A stretch of DNA of 64,000 bases from Glaucostegus cemiculus (Eukaryota), in the NCBI GenBank assembly GCA_976551045.1, contig CDPCPM010000141.1:15314001-15378000 (forward strand), in the 5' to 3' direction. The notes beneath the pieces were generated by a model that saw only the letters and a program-made list of their open reading frames with translations, made no database searches and was not told the DNA's origin. Of the stretch, positions 50,714 to 63,745 are shown piece by piece. Made by a program: the position numbers and the translations under genes. The number at the start of each line of letters is the position of its first letter. Position 1 is the stretch's first letter.

Positions 50714-50859
50714 TTACCCTGTTACTCTATCAGTCTACTTCCAATCATTAACAAAGTAAGTGTTGGAAGGAAAATCAAATGTCCGCTTTCAGTGATACAA
50801 GGACAGCTGGGTTCTGGTTCACCTTCCATGTTCCCAAACCATCAGCATTCAGGTAATAA

Positions 50860-51490
50860 TCTGTATAATATCTTTCTATTTTTGGAACCATACCAGAAGA
50901 CCTCACGTTTATCCATGTTAAATTGCATCTGCAGAGCATTTACCCACTCACTGAAGGTGTCTAAATTACATTGGAGCTCTTTCAAACAATGCACTTTCTC
51001 CCTCTCCCACCAGCTTTGTTTTGACTGCAAACTTCGAGATGTTACATTTAGTTCCCTCATCCAATACATTCATATATATATTGTGAATGGCTAAAATCCA
51101 AGCAGTGATCCCTGTGGCACTTCATCGGTCACAGTCTGCCAGCCAGGAAGAGACACATTTATTCTTACTTCCTTTTTATTGTCTGTCAATCAACTCTCAG
51201 TCCATGCCAGCATATTACCTCAATCCTACGTGATTTAATTTTGCACAATAATTTCTTATGTGGGACCTTATTAAGAGTCTTCTGAAAGTCTAAATATACT
51301 CTCCCATATATGGGAACTGCTCCAGAGCTGAAAGAATTTTTAAAGATGACAACCAATGCATCCACTCTTTCCAGGACTACTTTCTTTTGTATTCTGGTAG
51401 ATTTGAGCCTGAGGGATTTGTCAGCCTTTAGTTCCATTAATATCCGAAGCACTATTTCTTTACAAGAACTGATTCACTTTAGTTCCTAAC
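50860..51490 (-). mobile_element. Old CR1 RT fragment (probably resumes near 52510-52830)
   Basis: LMELKADKS..YLDFQKTLNKVPHKKLLCKIK and MQFNMDK. Confidence 0.8.
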
Positions 51491-51492
51491 TC

Positions 51493-52440
51493 TGTCTGAG
51501 CCCCGTACTAAAACAGAACTCAGGTTCTTTTGGGTTCCTTTCAAACAACAGAGTTGCCTTAATGAAAGACACTACAATTCCTCAGAAAGTTCAAGTAATT
51601 TTATTTAACACAACTAAAAACAACTAAAAACAAAGGAAACCACAGTTCTAATTCGACATCTAAAACACAGAAACACAGATACAAATCTAATCTAAACTAA
51701 AAGAACAAGACCAATGTCGTAAAATCGAGCTCAAATTACCCACAATTCACAGTAATACATAGTACTGTTGTGCTGTCTGCCACTCAGTCTATCACCAAAG
51801 GGAAGCCCCAGGATACTTCCGCAAGACATGAAGGGCCTTGAAAGTTGCCAGGCATTGGCCACGAACCAACCCATGGAGAAGCTCTAAAGGACTCTCCTGT
51901 GGGGCGCATCTATGTAGTCGAGGAGGGCTTTGCGCCTCGCTTGGTTCTGGCATAACAAAGGATTTCACACCTTTTGCTAAGCATTCCCATTGATTTTGAG
52001 AGTTTCATCAGTCATCAGCACAGAAAAATCCATTGTTAATACACACTGAAACAGATTAAAATTCTGAACTTCTAGAGGGTGAATGGCTCTATGAATGTAC
52101 AATTAAGATGGTTTCGTGACAAACTCAAACAAGGCCCCGGGATCTTGTCTAACAGAGCAACTTAACCCTCCCCATTGTCTCGCTTGGCTGACGTACACCA
52201 TGATTGTTTTGCAAAGCTGCCCGTTTAACTGCTCCTGATTAATGCTTGAGAGCTGCATTCCACATTAAGGTCTGCTGTTTCACATGGTTCCAATAACTCC
52301 TGGGAAAAACATATTCCTAACAAAGAAAGATGTTTCTTCTGACTCTTTAGTTACACTCAGCTATTTCTTAGCTGTTGCAACAGGGAAATCATTAATTGTG
52401 CTTCATCTGACCACAGGTCCTTGAAATGAAGCACCCAAGA
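51493..52440 (-). mobile_element. Putative solo-LTR-like insertion in CR1
   Basis: About 0.95 kb of noncoding, CpG-containing sequence splitting a CR1. The minus-strand end is ..GGGGCTCAGACA with AATAAA about 110 bp upstream. The other end and a TSD are unresolved. Confidence 0.4.
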
Positions 52441-54469
52441 TTCACTAAACTGATTACTGGCTTGGCAGAACTAATGTATGAGAGATTGGATCAGCTAGGC
52501 CTCCATTTACTGGATTACTTTTTCTGTAAACGTTATATGCTTCTTCTTTGGATCTAATACTAGCCCTAGTTTCCTTCCTAAACCTCAGTTGAGCCTTCTA
52601 TCCTGACTTATTTTATGCCAGTCAGGAATGAATAATTATTATAATTCATCTACACGTTCTTTAAATATTATTTATCCTTCTCCACCATCAACCCATTTAG
52701 TAAAGTTCCTCAATTTATCATAGCCAATTCATACTTCATACTGTATTAGTTTCCTTTGTTCAGATTTAGGGCACTTTCTGATTCTACTGCATTACTCTCC
52801 ACATTAATGAAGATTTCAAGCATGCATCACTCTTCTAAGTGGTGCACCACCTTGACTTGGAAATATATCATCATGCTTTTAGCATCATTGGTTCTAAATC
52901 CTGGAACTCCCTACCCAACAGTATTGTGTGAATACCTTCCCTCAAGGACTACACTGGTTCAAGGTGGTGTCTGACCTCCACATTCTCAAATAAGCGTAGG
53001 CCTTGCCAGTAATGCCTGGATCCTGAAATATGAATAAATAGATAACTAACTCCTGTCATCAATATTATTCTCTACCTCATCTATCTGGCAAAATGAGTAA
53101 ATCCCTCTCTGTGATTTTTTACCCTCATCTTTTTCCATTATCTACAGCAACACATTCATTTTTTTTGTGTGTGGAATTATATATCTAAGCAAATTCTTGT
53201 TGATATTTCAGTGCATAAACTGTCTTTTTTTTTCACTTAAGATTTTCTGAACATTTTGTAAGAAAATTGTGTATTTTAAAAAAGTTTTAAAATGAGATGT
53301 TAGGCAAGGTGACCTTAGTTTGTTCTAAAAATATACATCTTCCATAGCTTTGCCATCATAACTCTGGTCTTGTTACTGGAGGAGGCCAACTTTCAGAAAT
53401 AGTTCCATGCTCAGCAGTTATATATTAAAATATACTCATGTACATAGTGCAAACACAAAGCCATAACTGAACACATTATTTTGATCAATAACTTTGAGAG
53501 ACTTCTTGGCTCACATTTTGAGCAAGTAAAATTGACATTTCAAACAGCTGGCACAGTATTATTTTGCATTTACAAAATTGTGGTGTTAAATCCTGTGAGC
53601 TAAATTATAGCTCATCATCAAGTACACTAAACCTGTTGATTTGGCTCCTAATTCAAGAACATACTACATTGCAGATTTGTTTCTATTTGCACTTCTGGAT
53701 GCAGACATGTCACAGTGCTCATTTAAATTATGCCAACTTAATAAGGACGGCAAAAGAAGTGTGTTTCTGTGATTATTTTGACTTTACTCAATCAGAAACA
53801 CATCTCTAGAGACAGGAAGCTGCTCCATCAATCTCACTTGCATATCTCTTCCTTTCCTCAAAAGAAGAGGACAGAACACCAGTGCAAAGTCACCGGAGGT
53901 GGGGAGAAATGGGTTGCAGAGCTGCCTGGCAAAGAATTCAATATCATCCAGCCATGTAGCATATGACCCCCTCTTGTGGTTTTGATTTGGAATTCACCAC
54001 TTGTAAAACTGATGGAAACAAAGTCAGTCAAGGTTTTCAAAAGGCAAATGGAGATGCAATTGAGGGAAAATAATTTGCAGGGCCATGATGATGACAATGC
54101 AATGGGTTTGAACAGATTGTGCAATAAGGAACCAGCACTGGCTTGATACGGCAAGATGTCTCCTTCTGTGTCATAAGGATTCTATGTTTCTTTCTCCTCT
54201 CAATCCCTTTGCTTCATTATACAGAACTAAGATTAGAAGAACTAAAATATCTTCATTTTTCTACTTCCTCCCAATAAGGAATTGCATGATGCACTTCCCT
54301 GAGTGATATAATTAGTATTCAGTGTTGTGGGCATCTGATAATGATATGACGTTGACCCTTGGCCCTCCAACATGCTGCACCATTCCTTTGTTAGGTGTTT
54401 GCCTGTGGTAGGTTACAACAGATCAGCAAATGGTGAACATTCTTAGGCATTTAATTGAAATATAAAGTA

Positions 54470-54757
54470 GGTAGCATAGTGGTTAGCATAATGCTTTACA
54501 GTGCCAGTGACCCGGTTTCAAATACGGCCACTGTCTGTAAGGAGTTTGTACGTTCTCCCCATGTCTGTGTGGGTTTCCTCCAGATGCTCTGGTTTCCTCC
54601 CACATTCCAAAAGATGTACAGGTTCGGAAGTTATGGGCATGCTACATTGGTGCAGGAAGTGTGGCGACACTTGCGGGCTGCCCCCCAAAATCACTACACA
54701 AGAGATTTATTTCACTGTGTGTTTCGATGTACATGTGACTAATAAAGATCTTATCTT
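54470..54757 (+). mobile_element. V-domain tRNA-SINE, full length
   Basis: Same family as 3728-4023. Confidence 0.9.
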
Positions 54758-54944
54758 ACATAAAATTAACCCCTCAAGCCTGTCCTATGGGCCTATATTA
54801 AGGAATTCAAATATTCAAATCAAAATTTCAGATTCAAAGTTTCGCTTCTTGGAAATTCAAAAACAGAATTTTGTTTTATAGATTGTCAAATGAGATACTG
54901 GTGTTATCTTTGGGTAGACTTCATTTTAAAGAAACACTCAAGAA

Positions 54945-55319
54945 AGAACAGAAATTCTGGAAATATTCTGCTGGTTGGGCAGCATCTGTGCAGAGAGAAA
55001 CTAAGTCAATGTTTCATATCCATGACCTGCTGTGTGTTTCCAGGCTTTTCTATTATTTTTATTCAGGTTCTCAGCAGCATCTTGCTTTTGGATTATTAAA
55101 TACCCATGCAATCTTATGGCATACTCTGGACATTGACCAGCAAAGAAGAAACATGAAGATGTTGGAAATCCAAAATTAAAACAGAAAATGATGGGGATAC
55201 TCAGCAGGTCAGGCAGTAACTGTGGAGAGAAAAATGGAGTTAACATGAGTTGACCTGAAATATTGACTGTTCCTCTGTCTGACCTGGTAAGTATCCCTAG
55301 TATTTTCTGTTTTCATTGT
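54945..55319. mobile_element. Two older palindromic Penelope-end mini-elements (about 54945-55090 and 55140-55319)
   Basis: CAGCAGGTCAGGCAG and CTGACCTG inverted arms. The second is flanked by ACATTGACCA at 55130-55139 and 55320-55329. Confidence 0.65.
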
Positions 55320-56639
55320 ACATTGACCACCAGTTGATGTTATGAACCAGGCATTTTCAGATTCCCTTTGCACTTGTGCTAGTGAATCTGCCTAAACAAC
55401 ATGGGCCGGTTTGACAGAGCCTCCACCAATTATAATTGAAGGGACGGCTGTGAGGGGCTCATGCCTGGAAATTCAACTGCAGAACACTATTTCTAGTATT
55501 AAAATTGACTTTATTAATGAATGAAACATAGTAGAGCAAAAACTCTGATTATCCACTATCCAACTATTCGGGATCCTGAGGTTTCAGTACCTGGCTCATC
55601 AGGTGATGTCTCCTATGCTCCCTTCCCACTCATCATGGCCCCAATTCCAACACTCCCAATGAAAACTTAACTGGTTTACTGAAAAAAATATTATAATAGT
55701 GTGTAATAAGTTTTTTAAAAGTGAGTTGAAAATGTATTAGGTAATATTCAATTTTTAATACTTTGGAATTTTTAGTATTTTTTGTGTATTTGGATATTTG
55801 AAAATATTAAAAAGGCATTCAGAAGCAATCTTCCCTCCCCCTTCCCCATCCTCATGTGCATCTTTATGACACAGAAGGCCACTCCATTATACAGAGCGTT
55901 GAGGATCAGGCAGCCTAGGCCACTTAAACACACAAGGAGATTGTAGACGTTTTTGAAGGTAAGTAGTGGGGAGTGGGCATAGGTGACTTGCCGCTAACCA
56001 CATAATTTAGCCAATTGTATTTCTGGAACATGGAAGCATAGTTACATGAAAGATAGAAAAAGTCTAGGATTGAGATGAGGAATAAATCTTTGAAATTTCC
56101 AACCTGGAGGAATGTGGATGCTTGGAGTATATTTCAGAGCGGAGATCAATAGACTTTTGGAGCAGAAAGAGAAGCAGGGGATTGGGAGGAGACAGAGAGC
56201 AGCCGTGATCTTACTGAACAAAGGGGGAAGCTCTAGGGGCTGCATTCCCTTCTCCTGCTCCTTCTCTTAAGTTCTTTTGATTCACATATCACTTCACTCA
56301 CATTAAAGGGTGAAATTTCCTTTTTCCTGTTCCAGATGAGGATACCATCATCCCTATTTTATTTTTGAAAATTGATGTTCACCTTAATGAACAAGAAGTA
56401 GTTGACATCAGGATAACAAATACCATCTAATCTATTATTGTTATGGATGACATATTCTTGAGGTTGCATTTTATTATTGTGGCAACATTGGGCCTGGACA
56501 CACTGAGTTGGCCGCTGTCTAATGACAGGAGTAATCTGAAGTAGCTTGTCTCAGTATCAAGTCCAACAGTGGTTCTTCATGGTATTGAGACCTTGCATCT
56601 GGTCTCTCAGTTTTATGCCAGCCACAACATTTCCACCAG

Positions 56640-57125
56640 CTACAAGCCACAAGCCAGGAATGTGACAGAATGTTCTCCACTTGTCTGGATGAGTGTAGCA
56701 TTAACAATTCTCAAGAAGCTCAACATCATCTAGGATAAAGAGACTCACTTGTTTGGCACCCTATCAACCACCATAAATGTTCATTCCCTCCGGCACTGAT
56801 GCACAGTGGCTGCAGTGTGTAGCATCTACAAAATGTATTGCAGTTACTCACCCTGGTCACTCTGACAGCAACTCCTAAACCCACAATCACTACACAAAGA
56901 AGGACAAGGGCAGCAGATGTGTGGGATTACCATCTCCTACAGGTTTCCCTCCAAATCACACATCATCCTGACTTGGGAGGCATTCATCATCACTGGGTCC
57001 AAATCCTGGAACTCCCTACCCAACAGCATTGAGTTTTACCTTCACCAGAAGGACTGTAGCAGTTCAAGAGGATGACTCACTATCACCCTGTCAAGGGCAA
57101 TTCATAAAAAGGCAATAAATTTTGA
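56640..57125 (+). mobile_element. CR1/L2-group LINE 3' end of a distinct lineage (another piece near 52830-53040)
   Basis: SPLVWMSVALTILKKLNII*DK RT C-terminal remnant; AAATCCTGGAACTCCCTACCCAACAG is shared with the sequence near 52900. Confidence 0.6.
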
Positions 57126-58489
57126 GCTGACATAGACAGTATAGCCCAGGTCCCAGAAGATGAATGCAAACAAAGCCTGCATTTTCCACAGTGCGGAAGT
57201 GAAGCTAAATGATTTGGGCTTTTCCTTTTTTGTCTAATAAATACTAATGTTGTAAGTTAATCTAATTGAAGTCAACATGTTCTTAATTTATTATTTTTCA
57301 TTTAAAAACATGTTAAAGCAAGTTATAGTTTTATAAATCTATTCCAGCTATTTCCAAATTTCACTGTTCTTCAGAGATACTCAACTGCATGATGCTTAGG
57401 GTAGACTGGGGGTCCACTACCTGAGGCCTATTCGCTTCTCACAGACCCTACCATCACAGAGACATTGCAACAGCCTCCAGGACACTGACAGATGTGCGGC
57501 TGCAAGAAGTTAGTACAGATAAAAGGATCCCATGAGAGGTAGACATAGGGTGTGGGCCAAGTGAAGTAGAATCCAACCTAATATCACAATACAGAGATTT
57601 GTTTGGCTTCACACACACACAGAGCAATATTCAGATTGTCCACATAATAGCCTTAATTTTACTTACTAGTCAACAGCCTGAAGGTTTGTTTAGGCTCACA
57701 TCATCTGATTTAGTGTGTTAATTAGATGGACAAGTCAGTATTGATCTTGCTTATTTATGCGAGTTACTGAATCTGTGAACTCCAAGGATTAGTTAGCTGT
57801 CATTCATTGTCAAGGACTTACAATATGAACAAAGATTGCTTTCATTCAATATTGATGAATAGCTGTCCCAAATTGAATTAAATCATGAGATATCTGTTCT
57901 CTAGCCACTGTTGTAAGATTAGCCAATAGTCCTGAGCACACTGATTAACCATCACAAATGACAGCATCTAAGGGGCACTGGTAAAGAAGTTATTCTCCCT
58001 TCACATCTCCCTTCTCATCTGTCACAGAACAAATCGGCCATTTCCATTGTCAGTAGGGAAAGAGCTTAACTCATTTTGTTTTAAGGGCTTAAGTTAGGGA
58101 AGGCAATCTTCTTCCACAGAAAATTATCATTGGAGAAGGAACTGAATCTCACTCATTTAAATTTTGTAGCTGTTAAACAGACATAAAGTGACTGAATTTT
58201 GAGGTCCTATGTTCAGAAGAGGCCAGGGAAGTGGCCAATTTGAAATTGGGTTAGCCATTTTTCAAGCATCTGGGGGGATGTGCAGATATTCGGGCCACTA
58301 TTTATGCTAGTGAGAAGCTTAACAACTGTTTTGCATCCTGCAAAGAAATTAAGCAGGAGCCAGTCTTCAAATTCATTTTGTAATTTTTAAAATGAATCAT
58401 TTTTAATCACATCAGTTAAAAGAAAAGCTTGTCTCACAAATTCACCTCTCCTAGTTCTAAATTCCAGAAAATAAGAGCTCATTCTAAAA

Positions 58490-58830
58490 TAAACTACTGT
58501 TGTTAAGTAGGAATTGCAACAGCTGATTTGTACACAAAGAGCAACATTTTAACAAGAAGATAATGTTTTTAATGCCATTAATTGAGGGATGAAAGCCATT
58601 AGAATAAGACTAACTATCCTGCTATTATTCATAACATCTATTAAATCCTCCCAAGAACACAGACCAGGGCTTAATCTAATGATTCAACAAAACAACAGCA
58701 CCTCCAACAGTACAGAACATTTCAGTCCTGCACAGAGGTGTTACTTTTGATCTCTTTGTGCCACAATCCTTTGAGCAAGATTTGAATGCCCAGCTCTCTA
58801 AATTAGAAGTGAAATGCCACCCAGGTGCCA
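58490..58830 (-). mobile_element. Deu-domain SINE, old
   Basis: ACAGCACCTCCAACAGTACAGAACATTTCAGTCCTGCAC is the reverse complement of the SacSINE1-like GTGCAGTACTGAGGGAGTGCTGCACTGT..GGAGGTGC segment. Confidence 0.6.
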
Positions 58831-60534
58831 TACCCTGCACTTAAATACTACACAATCACTTCTCGTGGCCTTCTGAGCCCAGGAATCAATCTAATTAATC
58901 TTTTGTGTACTATCTCGATAAACGAGTACTTTTTTTAAAGTATTCTTTCCTTCCTTATGCAAGAAAGTCACTAACATGCTTTGTTTTCCAGGTTAGGTCT
59001 TATGAAAGCAAGATTTTATTATCCTTACAGTCCAGCTAATTTATTTATATACTATTTGCCTTGGTAACGTTTTCCTAAATTTGTGATTTATATGCATAGC
59101 ACTCATTTTTTTCTGACTACCAGTATCACACTTCTCAAAAAAATTCTGCTTTTCCATTCTTCCTGGATAACTTTTCCCTTCTCCATATTATATTCTTATG
59201 GATCACTTTCTTACCCAATTAATTAACCCATCTATGTCCCTTCACAAGCTCTCACAGCTCACGTACCTACTTTTGTAACTGTGAATATATTACACCCAGT
59301 TCCCTCCTAAGAGAGACCCAACAGAGCTCAAAAAGGTAAAGCCAGATTAACGATGGATGTCTAGGCTTGCAATGTGCAGCACATGCTCAGATGTGTAGGG
59401 GTGTCCAGGAAAACAGCAGCCAGGTATTTCGTACTCTCCTGGCTCTCAGAGTGCCAAGGAAAAGTAGGAGATTAGGATTTAAAGGGCACATAATTACACC
59501 AAAGGGGAGACCAAAGCATAAAACAGAAGGAAAGCACATAGAGCTCTTAATTAAAAAAAAATGATAGCACAGATGTTTATAGATGCAGAATGTTTATTGG
59601 CAAGATGTGGGAACACTTTGGAGAATTAACTGCAGAATGTTTCCATAAAGGTAGACATCATCAACATTCTTGAAAGCCAAATATCTAATTATGAAAGAAT
59701 TACAGCTCCTGTCAGGCAAAACATTGTGATAGGTAATATTTTAGGAATATTTAGAAAAAGCTTTTTACACTGACAAAGGATTGTCCAATGCAATCTTTTC
59801 CTGCAACCAGTCTATGCTTCTGCAATCACCCTCCTGGCCCTCTGTTCCTTCTTGTCTAAGCAGGCAACCTTGAAAAGCAAAATTACAAAGGCTGTACCAT
59901 GTCACTATCTTACAAACAACATGTATTGCAGAGCATTGCCAGATTTATCTGTGTACCTTCAGAGTACCAATTGTTTGCTGAATAATAATTCTAGTCATTA
60001 CATCAATGCTCTTTGGAAGTCCCTGCGGTGTGATACAAGGGTAATTTTTCTCTGGTAAAGGAGACATTGCAACTGTGGTGATAGAATTATGTTCAAAGTG
60101 AATGAATTATAACAGTGCTCTGTATAGTGAGTAATAATGTGTATTCTTAGTGCCTGGAAATGAGATTTTCCCTTGTGGGAGTATCTAAGCAGGAGCCATG
60201 TATTTTACCTCAATACCAAATCAGAAGTTACCCAAAAAAGTTGCAAAATTGGAACATCCTCACTTTAAGAAACCATCATCATGATTTGCCCCCATTAAGA
60301 AATATCGAAACTCAACCCATGTGTTTCACAGACACGGCTGGTCTCCAGCCAGACAGCAGCAGTGTCTTTCATGTCTTGATCCAGGGGAAATGGATCAATA
60401 TTAAGGTCATGCCCACATGGCAGTTTTGGAGGGATCGCATCCCTTGCCACAGATGATCCATTCCCTGCGGTCAGCAACAGTATTGTGTCACAGATCAAGG
60501 ATTCTGTGAACTGTAGTCATTAGCTCACAGAATA

Positions 60535-60830
60535 ATATTTATTTATTTGTCAACATGTACATTGAAACACACAGTGAAATGTGTCTTTTTGCGTTAACAA
60601 TCAACACAGTCTGAGAATATGCTGGGAGCAGCCCGCAAGTGTCACCACGCTTCTGGCACCAATATAGCATGCCTACAACTTCCTAACCCATACATCTCTT
60701 TTTTGTAATGTGGGAGGAAACCAGAGCACCCAGAGGAAACCCACGCAGTCATGGGAAGAACGTACAAACTCTTTACAGACAGCAGCCGGAATTGAACCCG
60801 GGTCACTGGTGCTGTAATAGCATTACAAAG
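60535..60830 (-). mobile_element. V-domain tRNA-SINE, near full length
   Basis: GGAATTGAACCCGGG B-box complement, V-domain and Rex-like tail. Confidence 0.9.
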
Positions 60831-61256
60831 CCTCACCAAATTATTGTCACTTACACATACCAAAAGGGTTCTTTCGTTATTCAGTTTTAGATATTTATCA
60901 TTTCTAACCCAACCAAATATTCATCAAGCAAAACAGTTCCTGTTTGAAAATACTGATTTCTCTCTGATAGAGGTGTGTTTCAGCCTGAGGTGAAACAAAT
61001 ACTGTTAGCAGCCTCATAAGCTAAGCACAGCCTTCTACTTCATTGGTCAGTTGCAACTGTAGCACCTTGTCTGGTAGATACATGCTGTATAAACTCTGAA
61101 AGATATCCAAAAGTTATGTATCAGCATTCCTTGGAAGACTAGCAGGATATCGAAAAGTGAGTGTTGATGCAGATCCAAGTTAGGAGAAAGGCATGAGAGT
61201 AGTTGAGTATAAAATTGCGCAACTACTTCAATCAGAATAACTTCATGTCAACACAG

Positions 61257-61403
61257 AGACAAAAGAGAGACTGCAGAAGCTGGAAATCTGGAGCAACAGA
61301 CACTCAGGGTTCTGATGAAGTGCTTCAGCCTGAAACATTGACTGTTTATTTCTCTCCACAGATGCTGCCTGACCTGCTGAGTTCCTCCAGCATTTCATGT
61401 GTG
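61257..61403. mobile_element. Penelope-end mini-element with hammerhead-like core and 19-bp TSD
   Basis: CTGATGA (61312-61318) .. GAAAC (61332-61336). Flanks 61238-61256 and 61404-61422 are 17/19 identical. Confidence 0.75.
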
Positions 61404-61829
61404 TAACTTAATGTCAATACAGTATTGAATATTCAGCCTTGAAGATCTGATGATTAATTATTGCTGATTGACATGAAGAAGGGGAAACAACTACATTCAA
61501 TATGCTTACTAAATGGAAAGTTGCTACATTGAAAAATTGCCAGGTCTGGGGTATAATAGGGATCTCACATTCAAGTTTTCATAACTGAAATTGGGAAGGC
61601 AACTTGGTCAATTGCCACGTTCAGTCACAGTTGAACTGACCATTCATTGGTGATAGCTTTTGGAAAATATAGCACACTTATTAGTGATCAGGGATTAGTA
61701 TATACTATTAAGTTTTTACTAAAAATCAGAGATTGCTTTCTATGTAATTGCACTGTTAGATACTTAATAATAGTTGAGGATGACTCTGGATGAGTATTAG
61801 TAATTCAAGGTACATCCTTGTGATACATA

Positions 61830-62520
61830 GCACATAGAAATAGTACAGCACAGGAACAGGCCCTTCCACCCACAATCTTGTGCTGAATTAAGCAAGCTAA
61901 TTATACCTAATCCCTTCTGTCCTCACTTGGTCTCTATCCCTCCATTCCCTGCTTAGTCATGTGCCTATCTAAGACCCTCTTAAATGCCTCTGTCATATCT
62001 GACTCCACCACCATTCCGGGCAGTGCATTCCAGACGTCCACCACTCTCTGTGTAAAAAACTTGTCCCACACATCTCCTTTGAATTCCACCCCCCCCCTTA
62101 CCTTAAATACATGCCCTCTAATGTTAGTCATTTCAACCCAAACAAAAAGATACTAGCTTTCTACTCTATCTGTGCCTCTCATCATCTTATAAACTTCTAT
62201 CAGGTCTCCCCTCAGAAAAAACAACCCTAGTTTGTGCAAACTCCCCTTATAGTACATGCCTTCTAATCCAGGCAACATCCTCATAAATCTCTTGTGCACC
62301 CTCTACCAAACCTCCACATCCTTCCTATAATGGGCAAACTAGAAATACTCCAAATGTGGCCTAACCAGAGTTTTTATAAACTGCAGCATAACTTCCTGAC
62401 ACTTAAACTCAATGCCTCTACCTACAAAAGCAAGCATGCTATACACCATCTTTACTACCCTGTCAACTTGTGCGGCAACATTCCAGGAACTATGGACTTA
62501 TACCCCAAGATCCCCTGGGT
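61830..62520 (-). mobile_element. CR1 3' end
   Basis: RGHVFKVRGG..KFFTQRVVDVWNALPG and TACAGCACAGGAACAGGCCCTT tail. Confidence 0.9.
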
Positions 62521-63139
62521 AAGTGAGTCCATCGGTAATGTTTTATTTAGAATCTATTAAGTAAAAGAAATTCCAGAAATTTTTCTCTTGCATTGTCTAC
62601 TTGAATTGTTGTAACTTTGAACTGTTGGACAAGGCAGAGGGGTATCTGTCACATATTTTATAATGTACACATGGGTAAATGTCTTATGCCTCCACACTTC
62701 TTGTTCAAAGTAGAATCAATAAAAGTGACACACTAGAAGATAAACAATTCCATTCACTGTTGAAAATCAAGCTCATAGCAATTAGGCAAAAATTATTGTC
62801 ACATTAATTTAGGAGGTTCAGTGAAGGACCCTCTAAATAACTACAGGCAGCTAATGGCATCGCATGCATTGCATATTTTTGCATTATTAGCAATGAGTGG
62901 ACCACAGATGGAAGCAACAGGAATCCATTCAGCTCACAGTATAGCAGTGTTTAAATTCTATTTACACACAGTAGGTAGTGTAGCAGTGGTGTGTCCAGCC
63001 CCCTGACCTTACTTCTGGAGAAGGCTGTATATGACCATTGTTAGAGCAGTAATGTAATGGAAGGACTTGGCCCCAGTACTTCCAATTATTTGAAATTCAT
63101 GCAGCAAAATGGAGGAAAATCTATCTTCACCTGTCCACA

Positions 63140-63286
63140 GCAACAAATAATCTGCTGGAGGAACTCAGCAGGTTGAGCAGCATCTGTGGGGAAAAACAAG
63201 GTGTCGAAATCTGCTGCCTGACCTGTTGAGTTCCTCCAGCAGATTGTTTGTTGTTCCAGGTTCCAGCATCTGCGGTCTCATGTCTC
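63140..63286. mobile_element. Palindromic Penelope-end mini-element with perfect 12-bp TSD
   Basis: CACCTGTCCACA at 63128-63139 and 63287-63298; inverted arms of about 42 bp. Confidence 0.8.
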
Positions 63287-63643
63287 CACCTGTCCACAAA
63301 GTATTTGTCCAGAATTCTTGACCAAATAGGAAAACGGTGGTCAATTTTCATGAATTACTTTATATTAGTTCTGCATTGTGAAAAAAAAGCAAATTTTACT
63401 AAATTGCTAAAATGGTTATAAGATTTAATTTTCACAGAGCATCTTACTTACATTATTACTCACAGTTCTTGTGTCCCAATCTGGATTTGTCCTCAGAGCA
63501 TACTGATGGCAGGAGTGATAAACCTCACATGGGGAGTGCAAGTTAATTAAAGGAAAGTGAGAGAATTGGGAGACAAAACTAAAAACCTCATAGCCTTTGG
63601 GATGCTCTCAAGATATCTCAACTGTCAAAAAGAAATAACTATT

Positions 63644-63745
63644 TGGAGCAACACACAATAAGCTGAGGAACTCAACAGGTCAGGCAGCATCTATGGAGGG
63701 AAATGGATGGTAAGCATTTCAGGTCGAGACCCCTCATTGGGACTG
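63644..63745 (-). mobile_element. Penelope-end fragment
   Basis: GGAACTCAACAGGTCAGGCAGCATCTATGGAGGGAAAT..TTTCAGGTCGAGACCCCTCATTGGGACTG, matching the left arm at 24.7 kb. Confidence 0.7.

Noticed and set aside
60160-60498. Overlapping 98-aa and 67-aa ORFs in non-repeat-looking DNA
   Set aside because: No recognisable domain or convincing splice signals; the lengths are compatible with chance.
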